A stretch of 64,000 bases of DNA from positions 7,874,001 to 7,938,000 of the forward strand of contig NC_086098.1 of assembly GCF_963921235.1 (NCBI RefSeq). The letters run 5' to 3'. Made by a program: the position numbers and the translations under genes. This document shows positions 47,405 to 59,952 of this stretch, in pieces. Every line of letters begins with the position of its first letter. Positions within the stretch are counted from its first letter, which is position 1. This DNA comes from Mobula hypostoma (Eukaryota). The notes under the pieces are model-generated. The model was given only the letters and a program-made list of their open reading frames with translations. It was not told the DNA's origin and searched no databases.

Positions 47405-48739
47405 CAAAGATCCAAAGGTCCAATGTACATTTATTATCGAAGTATGCATAGGGAATGCAACTCTGAGGTTTGTCCTCCCGGAGGCTGCTGCAGAACAAAG
47501 GAACACCACAGAACCTGTTCAGGAAAACAGCAAGCACCCAATGTGCGATAAAAGAACAAATTGCACAAATGGCAAAAAGCAAGCAGGCAAAACAAGGGAT
47601 ATCGAGCATCAAACCAGGTAGTATTCAGTTTAGTTTAGTTCTGTGTCGCACTGTTAGCCAATGCAGGCCAAAGGGCAAAGCATTCTTTGCTGATGCACCA
47701 CAGACGATGTGGTCTGGACGTTGCCGGGACTTGAGAAACTCAGTTACAGAGAAAGGTTGAATAGGTTAGGACTTTATTCCCTGGAGTGTAGAAGAATGAG
47801 GGGAGATTTGATAGAGGTATATAAAATTATGATGGGTATAGATAGAGTGAATGCAAGCAGGCTTTTTCCACTGAGGCAAGTGGAGAAAAAAACCAGAGGA
47901 CATGGGTTAAGGGTGAGGGGGGAAAAGTTTAAAGGGAACATTAGAGGGGGCTTCTTCACACAGAGAGTGGTGGGAGTATGGAATGAGCTGCCAGACGAGG
48001 TGGTAAATGTGGATTCTTTTTTAACATTTAAGAATAAATTGGGCAGATACATGGATGGGAGGTGTATGGAGGGATATGGTCCATGTGCAGGTCAGTAGGA
48101 CTAAGCAGAAAATGGTTTGGCACAGCCAAGAAGGGCCAAAAGGCCTGTTTCTGTGCTGTAGTTTCTATGGTTTCTATGGTTTCTATGGACCTTATTGATC
48201 ACACCGATCCAACCACTCAAAAACAGCATGAGAAAAGAGTGAACAGAATCGAGGAACACATGCACCATGAACCTCAAAGTCCCCCAAATGAGTCCATAGC
48301 TTTTCTGATCATTCCTTGCAATGCAGACCACAAGATTTCTGCACTTTTCTCAGGCAGAAGCTAGCGAGAGCGAGAGGAAGACAGGTCGAGCACCCAGCCA
48401 CCCTCCACTTTCATCCTCATCGACTCTAACATTGCTCCAATGCCTCAGTTGGAGAGAAGCAATGGCGTTGATCATGGGCTTGCACCCTGCCCCCAGGCTT
48501 CCAGGGCTCCACGCAGCACAATCCACTTCAGATCTCAGTGAACATCCTCAGAGACAGCACAATGCCAGATTGCTCAATCAGTCCAGAAACACACCATCAA
48601 ACTGTAAATTACAGGTTCCAACCACACACAGCTTAGTAGTACAATCATATTTGAAAAAAGAAGTAAAATAAATAGTTTCATGAACTATCTGCCGGACGTC
48701 GTCATTAGTCATGTTGTTCGCTGGCGCCATCTTGAGGAA
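47405..48739 (-). mobile_element. Non-coding element with AAGATGGCG 5' start and Rex1-like tail, split by a CR1
   Basis: TSD CAGTTT (47399-47404, 48740-48745); minus strand has AAGATGGCGCCAG starting at 48733. Confidence 0.65.
47718..48188 (+). mobile_element. CR1 subfamily B 3' fragment
   Basis: ORF 47709..48098; (TTTCTATGG)n tail; homologous to 55627-56228. Confidence 0.9.
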
Positions 48740-49024
48740 CAGTTTTTCATTTATTCTATTGTATTTGTTAGTTCTACTGTGAACACCTGTAAGAACATGA
48801 ATCTCATGGTTAATATATGATGAAATATATGTACTCTGATAATAAATTTACTTTGAACTTTGAATATGCAGAGAATGGAGGGATATAGACTTGTACAGGA
48901 AAAAGGGATAGTTTAGTCGGCTTTTAATTACCAGTCAGATTAGTTCAACACAACATCATGGACAAAAGGGTCTGTTTCTGTGTTGTACTTTTGTATGTCC
49001 TATGCTTTTTTTTCGGTAAAAAGA

Positions 49025-49586
49025 CAATACGACCAGAAGATACAGGAGCAGAATTGGGCCATTTGGCCCATCAAGTCTTCTCCACCATTTTCTCATAGCT
49101 GATCCATTTTTCCTCTCAGTACCAATCTCCTGCCTTCTCCCAATATCCCTTCATGCCCTGACTAATCAAGAATCTATCAGCCTATACCTTAAATATACCC
49201 AATGGCTTGGCTTCCACAGCTGCCTGTGGCAAAGAATTCCAGATTCAGCACCTTCTGGACAAAGAAGCTTCTCTTCAGCTCTGTTCTAAATGGAAGCCCC
49301 TCTATTCTGAGGCTGTGTCCTCTGGTCCTAGACTCCTCCACAATTGGAATCATATCCTCTCCATATCCACTCAACACTCGGGGCCTTTTAACATTCAATA
49401 GGCTTCAATAAGGTCACCACTCATTCTTCTGAATTCCAGTGAATACAAGCTCAGAGCCATCAAATGCTTCTCATATGATTAGCCTTTCAATGCCAGAATT
49501 ATTTCCATGAACTTCCTTGGAACCCTGTCCAATGTCCCCACATCCTTTCTTGGATAAGGGGCCCAAAGCTGCTCACAATACTCCAA
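49025..49586 (-). mobile_element. CR1 3' fragment
   Basis: ORF 49189..49398 ESRTRGHSLRIEGLPFRTE; tail GGAGCAGAATTGGGCCATTTGGCCCATC. Confidence 0.85.
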
Positions 49587-50974
49587 AATGTAGAAAGCAG
49601 CCTACTTATTGAATCTTCAATGTCCATTGCCATGCACCGGCAGGAAGCATTGGTGCTCTGAAGGTGAAAATCCCCTTCCTATTCAGCGTACCTGCATAGA
49701 ATTTAGTTCTGAACAAAAATACAGGAAATTCAGAGAAACATCTCATTACACATTCAGCTTTTGATCAATTTTTAAAAAACAATTCATTGTGACAGTATGT
49801 TATGACATTATTAATCCATATAGAGTGTGGCAGGTCATTTTAATATTAAGGCAGGTAAAACGGAAGCCTTTATTTAATAGTGTAGGTCCTACAAATGAAC
49901 AAGCTCTTATTTCTTTTCTTACTCTTTCAATACATTTTTAAATGCTTTTATTAAAGTTTTATTTTATGAATTCTACAAAGCCCAGCTTTACCTAATACCT
50001 GTAATAAACATTCACACTCAAAGGTCTTTTTAATTGGTTTAGTAAGGAGATATATTATTTTATTGCAGAAGCTGGAATCTGAAGATTACTAATGTTATTT
50101 ATTTGTCAACTTACAGTAAATTGCATCCAAGCTACTTAATCAGTGATACGTAATTTTCTCGGAAATACCACGTTCTTCACTCCCTCAAGACTTTTGTGGT
50201 ATGTGAACATATTTGTACCGCAAATTGAATCTTGGGCACTTGGGAGTCAATTTTTCTTGCTTTGATGAGAAAGTAATGTTCTCAAAGGTGGGGTCAATGT
50301 TTTCTCCTGCCCATTAGTTCAGTCAATGCAAATGTCTCCCTTTAGAAAGAAGGGAGTTACACCTAAGTGTGCAAAACATTTGCCTTTATTGAGCATGAAA
50401 ACTATTTCAATATTCAAATCACGCTCCAAATATTTCACTTGTGCTCAAAATGTCATTTGTGTTTGGACTTCGTTTCTGGTCTGGGAAACTCAGATACTAA
50501 GCAGGCTCAATGGACTTTGAAAACCACAAAAAAACTCAAATTACTTTATTACTTATTCAACATACAACAACAAGGAACGTCATTCTCTTTTCTGCATCAA
50601 AGGAATTTATGTTATACAGATGCATTTCGCTATATGTTATACGTGTGATAAGTAAATTTGAAGCTTGAATCTTGAATCTTGAAAAGGTCATATTATGCAA
50701 GAAATATCATGTGCGTCTGCAACAGGATTTTCTATCCTGAAATTTCAGTCTTCATAATGGAAGAAACACCATATTTCATTAAGTGCCTCCTCACATCTGC
50801 CTACTTCACCTTTTCAATCCCCACTCACTTTGGTGTAAAGGTCCTAACTGAGATTAGCTTGGATTCACTTCTGTCCTGGTTCAATGAGTGACAATGAAAT
50901 TGTCACTAGCTTCAGCTCTCACTCTTAATATCATGGTAAGTGCTTCCAACCATTGAGCCCATCTATATGAAAAA

Positions 50975-53810
50975 CTGTTGCAGGAACACGACACCCATCA
51001 ACAGGGAACCTCAGTAGAAAGGTCACGTTCTCCGCTCGCTACTGCCATCAAGAAGAAGGTACAAGAGCCTCAGACTCCCACCAACAGGATCAGGTACAAT
51101 TAATACACCTCAATCATCAGGCTCTTGAACCAAAGGGGAGAATTTCACTCAACTTCACTGGCCCCATCATTGAAAAGTTCTCACTACCAATGGACTCACT
51201 TTCAAGGACTCCTCAAATCATGTTCTCGACATTTGTTGTTTTTTTTTGTAATATAATTTTTATTGAATTTTCAAAAAGAATACATGAAAAAAAGAATCTA
51301 CCCTCCCCCCTCTCCTTAACCCTCCCCCCCCCCCATATATAGTCCTACCTAAAAAGAAAAAAAGAAAAGAACCGCCTGGGTATTGGAAGGTTTCCACATG
51401 CTCCATGGGATTCAAAATAAATTTGGTATAATTATTCATTACTTTCCCCAAGTGACCAAAGTCTTTATCGGAGCACTTAAATATGCCATCCTATCTTTTG
51501 TAAATAAGGGCGCCAAATATTCAAAAATGTTACATATTTATCTCTTAAATTATAAGTAATTTTTTTGAGTGGAATAGAACTAGCCATTTCATTATTCCAA
51601 CAATCCATACTTAAATACGAATCAGATTTCCAAGTAACTGCTATAGTCTTCTTAGCTACTGCCAATGCAATTTTTATAAATTCTTTCTGATATTTATTCA
51701 ATTTAAGTTTCGGTTTTATCCCTTCAATATCACCTAATAAAAATAATACAAGGTTATGCGGAAGTTGAGTTGCAGTAATTTGATTCTTAAATTTATCCAA
51801 AAGGGTTGAATTTTAAAACAAGACCAAGTAGAATGTAAAAAAGTACCAATTTCTTGATTACACCGAAAACATTTGACAGATAGATTTGAATTTAATCTAT
51901 TTATTTTTTGCCGTGTAATATATAATTGGTGTAAAAAATTATATTGTACTAATCTAAGTCGAACATTTATTGTATTTGTCATACTGTCAAGACAAAGTCT
52001 TGACCGATTTGTTTCATCAATAATAATATTCAGATCTGTTTCCCATTTTTGCTTTGACTTATGGGTTCCTTGTTTAATTGTCTGTTCTTGAATCAAATTA
52101 TACATACAAGAAATAAATTTTTTAATTTTCCCTTTTTGAATTAAAATTTCAATTTCATTAGGTTTTGACAAAAACATTGTTTGACCCAGCTTACCTTTTA
52201 AGTAAGCCCTTAATTGAAAGTAACAAAAGAAAGTATTATTAGATATTTTATATTTATCCTTTAATTGTTCAAATGACATCAATATACCTCGTTCAAAACA
52301 ATCTCCTATGAATTTAATCCCTTTTTGGTACCAATTATATAAAAGTTGATTGTCCATCGTAAAAGGAATAAGTCTGTTTTGGAACAAAGGTCTCCTTGCT
52401 AATAGAGATTTCTGTGTTTCATTATCAACATTTATCTTATTCCATAGATCAATCAAATGTGTTAATATAGGAGATGCTTTCTTTTCCCGTATCGATTTAG
52501 ATTCCCATTTATATATAAAATCTTCAGGTCTATTTTCTCCTATCTTGTCTAGCTCTATTTTAATCCATGCTGGTTTTTGATCATCGAAGAAAGATGCAAT
52601 AAATCTAAGTTGATTTGCTTTATAATAGTTTTTAAAGTTTGGAAGTTGTAACCCTCCTAACCCAAATTTACATGTCAATTTTTCCAATGATATTCTTGAC
52701 ATTTTACCTTTCCAAAGAAATTTTCTCACACATTTATTTAACCCTTGAAAAAATTTCTGTGGCAATTGTATTGGTAATGTTTGAATCAAATACTGTAATC
52801 TAGGAAATATATTCATTTTTACAACATTGACTCTACCTACTAATGTTATTGGTAATATCAGCCATTTGTCAAGATCTTCTTGAATTTTTTTCAATAGTGG
52901 TAAATAATTAAATTTATATAAATTCTTTAGATCATTATCAAGTCTTATACCTAAATACTTTATACCATTTACCGGCCATCTAAATTGGGTTACTAATCGA
53001 CATTGACTATAGTCTCCTTTAGTAAGAGGTAAAATTTCACTTTTATCCCAATTTATTTTGTAACCTGATACCTTCCCATATTCATCCAATCTAGAAGATA
53101 ATTTATGTAACAAATGTTGTGGATTTGTTAAATAGATCAAAACATCATCGGCAAAAAGATTAATTTTATATTCCTCCTGATTAACTCTAAAACCCATAAT
53201 ATCTGGATCAATTCTAATTAGTTCTGCTAATGGCTCTATCGCCAATACAAATACAGCAGGTGATAGTGGACAACCTTGTCTAGTTGACCTTTTTAACTGG
53301 AATGGTGTTGAAATATGAGAGTTTGTCACCACTTTAACTTTAGGGTTAGAATTTAAAGTTTTAATCCAATTTATAAAAGATGTTCCTAACCCATATTTTT
53401 CTAGTACTTTAAATAAAAAATCCCATTCTAATCTATCAAATGCTTTTTCTGCATCCAAAGCTACTACTATACTCTTCTCATCCCTTTTTTGTGCCAAATG
53501 AATTATACTGAGTAGCCGAGTTACATTATCTGCCAATTGTCTATTTTTAATAAATCCTGTTTGATCCATATGTATTAATTTTGGTAAATATTTGTTGTTT
53601 ATGTATTTATTATTATTGTTTCTTCTTTTTGTATTTGTACAGTTGGTTGTCTTCTGCACTCTGGTTGAATTCCCTAGTTGAGTGATCTTTCACTGATTCT
53701 GTTATAATTATTATTCCATAGATTTGTTGAGTATGTCCACAAGAAAATGAAAATGAATCTCAGGTGACACATCTGTACTTTAATAATAACATTTATTTTG
53801 AACTTTGAAC
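50975..53810 (+). mobile_element. Rex1/Babar-type 3' end (50975-51241 and 53601-53810) split by L1
   Basis: CGCTACTGCCATCAAGAAGAAGGTACAAGAGCCTC matches the 47130-47170 text; tail ATAATAACATTTATTTTGAACTTTGAA. Confidence 0.7.
51242..53589 (-). mobile_element. L1-clade LINE, 5'-truncated, young
   Basis: ORF 51734..53659: QTGFIKNR, LDAEKAFDRLEW, TRQGCPLSP, LFADD, KYLGI, CCHC knuckle CFRC..HSTWSC; A-rich tail; TSD ATTTGTTGTTT (51231-51241, 53590-53600). Confidence 0.95.
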
Positions 53811-53844
53811 CATGATGAGGAATTAATGCTTCAGATCAAAGATT

Positions 53845-54036
53845 CAAAGATCAGCTTTATTTGTCATTTTCATATCAAAACAGTGAAATGTGTCAATGAT
53901 CCGCTCAGCCTGAGTAGGTGACAGGTAGCCCTCAAGTGTCGTCACACTTCTGACACCAACACAGCACTCCCACAACTCACTCAGCCCATATGTCTTTAGA
54001 ATGTGGGAGGAAACCAGAGCACCTGGAGGAAACCCA
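53845..54036 (-). mobile_element. V-SINE 3' half with alternative tail
   Basis: TGTGGGAGGAAACCAGAGCACCTGGAGGAAACCCA; AGCTTTATTTGTCA..CAGTGAAATG. Confidence 0.7.
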
Positions 54037-54197
54037 ATGAATTATTGTTAGTTTTGATATCAGGCCATCAACCTGAAACATTAATTCTATTTCTGTTTTC
54101 ATAGATGCTGACTGGCTTGATAATTATTTGCAGTTCTTCTGTCGTTTTTATTTACAGAGTTGCAGCATTTTGCATTATAGCATTCAGTAAAGTTGGA

Positions 54198-54430
54198 ATG
54201 GGTTAAGGGTGAAAGGCGAAAAGGTTAAGGGGAAAATGAGGGGGCACTTCTTCACTTAGAGTGAGGAACAAGCTGCCAGTGCAAGTGGTGTATGAGGGCT
54301 TAATTTCAACATTTAAGGGAAATTAAGACAAGTATATGGAGGGTCAAGGTCCAGGTGCAGATCGATGGGACTAGGCAGAATAATAGTTTAGCACAGACTA
54401 GATGGGCCTACCTCTGCACTGTAGTAGTCT
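54198..54430 (+). mobile_element. Old CR1 3' fragment
   Basis: GGGTTAAGGGTGAAAGG..CTTCTTCAC..GATGGGCC. Confidence 0.65.
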
Positions 54431-54635
54431 GTGAATGGCTTCAGTGGGAGATTTTGGCTTTCACACGGTTTGGGATAAGCAGATGAGCACATGTCCAAAT
54501 GAAAGCAAATTTGTTGAATATATCCAGGATAATGCTTTGCATTATGTTACAGAACCACAAAAAGCATACGCTATATTAAATATAATAATCAAAAAGGTGA
54601 AGTAGGTAAGCAAATATTTATTAATGATCACAATT

Positions 54636-54930
54636 GGAGGCCACAGTGGTGTAGCAGTTGGTACGACACAATTACAGCTCAGGGTGTTGGAGTACAGAGT
54701 TCAAAGCTGCATTCTCTGTAAGGAGTTTGTACGCCCTCCCCATGGAATGTATGATTTTCCCTGGTTTTCTCCCACATTCCAAAGACGTACCGGTTAGTAG
54801 ATTAATTGTTTGTTATGAATTGACCTGTGATTGGGTTAGGGTTCTACAAGGATTGTCAGAGGTTGCTGGGTTGCACAGCTCAAAGAGACAGAAGGGCCTA
54901 TTCTGCACTGTATCTCTGAGTAAATAGATG
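54636..54930 (+). mobile_element. V-SINE with CR1-type tail
   Basis: Head GGCCACAGTGGTGTAGCAGTT; TCTGTAAGGAGTTTGTACG..CTCCCACATTCCAAAGACGTAC; tail AGAAGGGCCTA..CTGTATCTCT. Confidence 0.75.
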
Positions 54931-54935
54931 GATAC

Positions 54936-55302
54936 TGTATATAGATAGTGCAGCTCCAAAAACTAATCCAAAATCAAAACTATTGCCTCCAGCCTGCGAC
55001 CGCCAGAGAGTTGTTATACTTGCATGACTCACCCTCACCTCCAATGAAATGATTGTTACAAAGAGTTGAATTCCTTATTTCAATCCTTTATTACCTATTA
55101 ACGAACATACAATTAAGCATTATTGAACAATATTAAAGTGGTTAGCAAAGACGTGACCTCCTCCGTTCCCAAGCCACAGACTGCCACGAAATAAGCAAGA
55201 ATACTTAACTTATTCCCTTTGCTTTTACCACGCGCCCACTGACGAAACTAGTTACCATAATAAACGTAATAAATGCACAACACAAAATACATGGTTCTGA
55301 CA
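54936..55302 (-). mobile_element. Probable solo LTR inserted in the SINE tail
   Basis: TG..CA ends; flanks GATAC / GATAG; minus-strand AATAAA at about 55087. Confidence 0.45.
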
Positions 55303-55626
55303 GATAGATAGTTAAATAAAAAAGTATGTAAAAACCATGTGATTGAGTCTAAACATCTCAAAGAGTCATTATGTCTTTGAATGTAGGTGAAAGAAAAAAA
55401 TGCAAAATACTTAGTAGCTTTCTAAATTCAGTAAGGCCAAACTCAGTGCACTTAATTTAAGGCTGTCCACTGAAACATAAGAAAATAATTTAGTAGCTAA
55501 ATTCATGCAAAAATTAATGCAGCACAGAACTAGTTTATAATCCAGTTTCCATGCCAAAAACAAAACCAAGCATTACCAAGAAGAAAGACACATCAACTGC
55601 AGGTCTACCTCGATAGCAAGATGCTT

Positions 55627-56228
55627 AGAAACCATAGAAACATTACAGCGCAGAAACAGGCCTTTTGGCCCCTCTTGGCTGTGCCAAACCATTTTTCTGC
55701 CTAGTCCCACTGACCTGCACCTGGACCATATCCCTCCATACACCTCTCATCCATGTACCTGTCCAAGTTTTTCTTAAATGTTAAAAGTGAGCCCACATTT
55801 ACCACTTCATCTAGCAGCTCATTCCACACTCCCACCACTCTCTGTGTGAAGAAGCCCCCCCTAATGTTCCCTTTAAACTTTTCCCCCCTTACCCTTAACC
55901 CATGTCCTCTGGGTTTTTTTCTCCCCTTGCCTCAGTGGAAAAAGCCTGCTTGCATTCACTCTATCTATAACCATCATAATTTTATATACCTCTATCAAAT
56001 CTCCCCTCATTCTTCTACGCTCCAGGGAGTAAAGTCCTAACCTATTCAACCTTTCTCTGTAACTCAGCTTCTCAAGTCCTGGTAACATCCTTGTAAACCT
56101 TATCTGCACTCTTTCAACCTTATTAATATCCTTCCTGTAATTTGGTGACCAAAACTGCACACAATACTCCAAATTCGGGCTCACCAATGTCTTATACAAC
56201 CTCATCATAACATTCCAACTCCTATACT
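55627..56228 (-). mobile_element. CR1 subfamily B 3' fragment
   Basis: ORF 55873..56208 LEYCVQFWSPNYRKD..; tail at about 55627-55645. Confidence 0.9.
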
Positions 56229-56229
56229 C

Positions 56230-56855
56230 CTGTACGCTGCTTGTTGGCAGAGAGACTGAAGAAGCTGGACTTGGTGCGGATTATGCTGCTGTCTGCGTCA
56301 CAGAGGCACTGGGGGAGTCGAAGTGTCCAGGCATTGGGCAGTCTATCAGAGATTGATTGTCCTAGTCTCTTTTCTTGTGAGCGCAATTCCACATTGCTTA
56401 TGTGGAATGCTTCAAGACTGATTCACTGATTTACTGGCGGACAGTGGGGGAGCTGTGTGAGTTTGGTTGTAGCATGGGCTGGGCTTCATGCTGTGGTGTG
56501 GCCTGTTCACAGCCACCCAAGAGAGAGGTGGCAAAGTCGGTATGCAATACTGGAGGTGGTGTGGTTCATTGTGCGAGCTGGAGTTGGTGCTGCCCCCCCC
56601 GGTGTTCACTCGGCAGAAGACAAACTGTATTGTGTTCGACTGCAGACTGCTGCAACTTTCATGGAATCAGGGACCTGAACTATATTTTTTTGTGTGACTG
56701 TGTTTGCATATATCTTATACGTGCTTTGTGCTGTATGTGACTGTTAGTACTGTATTTTGCAACTTGGCCCCAGAGTAACACTGTCTTGTTTGGCTATATT
56801 CATGAGTGTTCATATCTGGTTAAATGACAATTAAACTTGAACTTGGAACTTGAAT
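56230..56855 (+). mobile_element. Non-coding retroposed element with (ACTTGA)n tail
   Basis: Ends GACAATTAAACTTGAACTTGGAACTTGAA; 5' boundary uncertain. Confidence 0.5.
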
Positions 56856-57274
56856 AATAACAACAAAGAACGAAAATGCTGGGATTGTAAATCTTTGACT
56901 TCTTTCCTTCAGAGGAATATAGATGTTCAGTTGCTAACTCGAAGGAAACACAAAGGAAATTATGCAGAAATTCAGCAATGGTGATGTTGAATGACAGATT
57001 AGGCTCCTGAAATACTTTGGTTGACTTCTGCTCCGATTTCTGGTGTTTTCGCATAATTGTTTATTTATACCCTTACCTTCTACATTTAAATTCACAGCCA
57101 ATGAATAACCCACCCATCAATTCATTCATCCTGAAAATTTGCAAGGAGGAAATCTGCTCACTTCAAGTAACACTACATTGAAAGATGTATTTCGTAATTA
57201 TATCTTGCCCATGATGTAAAATTATTTAATCCTGGTTATTAAAATATCGATTTAGCTTTATTTGTCACATGTAT

Positions 57275-57690
57275 GTCATGATGAGGGTTATTGAGGGTTA
57301 TTGATGAGGGTCATGAGGGTTATTGATAAAGACAGAGCTATGGATGTTGTTTACATGGATTTTAGTATGGAATTTGTCAAGGTTCCTCATGGGAGGTTCA
57401 TCCAGAAGATTAAGATGCATGGGATCCATAGTGACTTGACCATTTGCATTCAGAACCGGCTTACCATTGAAGACAGAGGATAATGGTCAAAAGGAATTAT
57501 GCTAGCTGGAGGTCTTGTGATAAGTGGTGTTCCGCAGGATCTGTACTGGGAATTTTTCTCCTTGTGATGTATATAAATGATCTGGAGTAAAACGAAGATG
57601 GATGGGGAAGTAAGTCTGCAGATGATATGAAAATTGGTGGTGTTGTGCATAGCACACATGACTGGCAAAGAACGCAGTGGGATAGATTAG
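57275..57690 (+). mobile_element. CR1 RT fragment
   Basis: ORF 57301..57483 MDVVYMDFSMEFVKVPHGR. Confidence 0.8.
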
Positions 57691-57852
57691 TCATAGGTCA
57701 TAGGAGCAGAATTAGGCCACTTGGCCCATCAAGTATATTCCGCAATTCAATCATGTCTGGTTTGTTATCCTTCTCAACCCCAACCCCATTCCCCTGCCTT
57801 TCCCCCATAATCTCGATGCCCTGACTAACCAAGAACCTATCAACCTCTGCTA

Positions 57853-58042
57853 TAAGGCCAAGTCTTTGGGTATACTTAAGGCAGAAGCTGATCGTTTCCT
57901 GATCGATCAGGGCGTCAAAGGATATGGCGAGAAGGCAGGTGCATGGGGTTGAGTGGGATTCAGGATCAGCAATGACAGAATGGCGGAGCAGGCTCAATGG
58001 GCTGAATGGCCTAATTCTGCTCCTATGTCTTATGGTCTTATG
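57853..58042 (+). mobile_element. CR1 extreme 3' fragment, opposite in orientation to its host
   Basis: AGGCCAAGTC..GCAGAAGCTGATCG..CTAATTCTGCTCCTATGTCTTATGGTCTTA. Confidence 0.75.
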
Positions 58043-59665
58043 TTCTTAAATGTACTTGATGACTTGGCCACCATAGCTGTCTGTGGCAACAAATTCTACA
58101 GATTCTTCATCCTCTAGCTAAAGAAATTCCATCTCCTATCCATTCAAAATGGATGTCCCTCTATTCTGAGGCATCTCCCTCCGGTCTAGACTCTTCCCAC
58201 AATAGGAAACATCCTCTCCAGATCCACTCCATCTAGGTCTTTCAACATTTGACAGTTTTCAGTAAGATCCCGCCTCATTTTTCTAAACTTCAGTGAATAC
58301 AGGCCCAGACCCATCAAACTTCCCTAGTACTTTAGACCATTCATTCTCAGAATCATTTTCGATCCTCTTCTGGACCCACTCCAATGGTAGCAAATCTATT
58401 CTTAGATAAGGTGCCAAAAACTGCTCACAATATTCAAAATACAGTCTGACCAATGCCTTACAAAGTCTCGGCCTTGCTGTTATATACTAGTCCTCTTGAA
58501 ATGAATGCTAAAATTGCATTTGCCTTCCACACGAGCAACTCAACTTGCAAATTAACCTTTAGAGAATCCTACACAAGGACCACCGTGTCCCTTTGCACTG
58601 CAGATTTTTGAATTTCCTCCCATTTAGAAAACAGTCCATGCCTTTATTCTTTCTACCAAAGTGCATGAACATATATTTCCCTACACTATATTTATCTGCC
58701 ACTTCTTTGCACATTCTCCCAATCTATCCAAGTCCTGCAGACTTTCTGCTTCCTCAAAACTACCTGCTGCACCACCTATCTTTGTCTCAGCTGTGAACTT
58801 GGCCACACAGCCATCAATTTCATCATCCAAATCATTGATAAATAACGTGAAAAGAATCAGTCCCAACACCAATCCCCGTGGAAGACCACTTGTCACCAGC
58901 AGCCAACCAGAATATGTCCCCATTTATTCCCACTCTTTGCCTCCTGCCAGTTAGCCAATCTTCTGTCCATGCTAGCACCTTTCCTGTAATACCAAGACTG
59001 TTATCTAGTTAAGCAGTATCATGTGTGGCACCTTGTTAAAGGCCTTTTGAAAATCCAAAACTAGCAACGTCCACTGACTCTCCTTTGTCTAACCTGCCTA
59101 TTATTTCCTCAAAGAATTCCAACAGATTTGTCAGGCAAGATTTCCCCCTCAGGAAACCATTCAGACTTTCGCCTATTTTATTGTGTGCCCTGAAACTTTG
59201 TCCTTAATAATAGACTCCAATATCTTTTCAATCACTGATGTCTGGTTAACTGGCCTATAATTGCTTTTTAATCTGCCTCCCTCCCTACTTAAAGAGCAGA
59301 CTATCATTTGCAATTTTCCAGTCCTCTGGAACCATTCCAGAATCTAGTGATTCTTGAAAGATCATTACTAATGCCTTCACAATCTCTTCAGCTACCTCTT
59401 TCAGAACACTGAAGTATAGTCCATCTGTTCCAGGTAACTTATCTACATTCAGACTTTTCAGCTTCCCAAGTACCTTCTCCTCTTTCATGGCAACTACACT
59501 CACTTCTGCCCCTAACACTCTCACATTTCTGCCATACTGCTGGTGTCTTCCACAGTGAAGACTGGCACAACTTATTATCAGCCATTTCTTTGTCCCTCAT
59601 TACTATCTATCCACCATAATTTTCCAACATTCAGACTCACCTTTCTTTTACTCTTTATGTATCTG

Positions 59666-59952
59666 TGTGGGCATGTGGCCAAGTGGTTAAGGTGTTCGAC
59701 TAGCGATCTGAAGGTGGTGAGTTTGAGCCCCTGCTGAGGAAACGTGTTGTGTCCTTGAGCAAGGCATGACACCGGTGCCAAGCTGTATGGGTCCTAATGC
59801 CCTTCCCTTGGACAACATCGGTGTCGTGGAGAGGGGAGACTTGCAGCATGGGCAACTGCTGGTCTTCCATACAACCTTGCCCAGGCCTGCGCCCTGGAGA
59901 GTGAAGACTTTCCAGGCGCAGATCCATGGTCTCGCAAACTAACGGATGCCTT
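59666..59952 (+). mobile_element. tRNA-derived SINE (Pol III A/B boxes, CORE-like start, RTE-like 3' part)
   Basis: A box TGGCCAAGTGG at 59676-59686; B-box-like GTTTGAGCC at 59721-59729; TGTGTCCTTGAGCAAGGCA; TSD TATCTG (59660-59665, 59953-59958). Confidence 0.8.

Larger units (their letters stand above)
47085..48863 (+). mobile_element. Rex1/Babar-type 3' end (47085-47404 and 48740-48863)
   Basis: GHTLFSLLPS..RRYRSL..TRFRNSSYP..RFLN-like text at about 47120-47230; tail GATAATAAATTTACTTTGAACTTTGAA. Confidence 0.75.
46730..49005 (+). mobile_element. Old CR1 3' part (about 46730-47085 and 48864-49005) hosting a Rex1-type insertion
   Basis: GTACAGAGGAGGTTTACCAGGATGCTGCCTGG at about 46793; tail GGGTCTGTTTCTGTGTTGTAC at about 48968. 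Confidence 0.6.

Noticed and set aside
49607..49695. Minus-strand exon candidate after TATGCAG
   Set aside because: All three frames hit a stop by the putative donor and the peptide is unrecognised.
56912..57010. Plus-strand acceptor TTCTTTCCTTCAG with a short open frame
   Set aside because: Weak donor, no recognisable peptide and no partner exons.
59666..59740. tRNA gene
   Set aside because: No complete cloverleaf, a degenerate B box, and it continues into a SINE body with a TSD.
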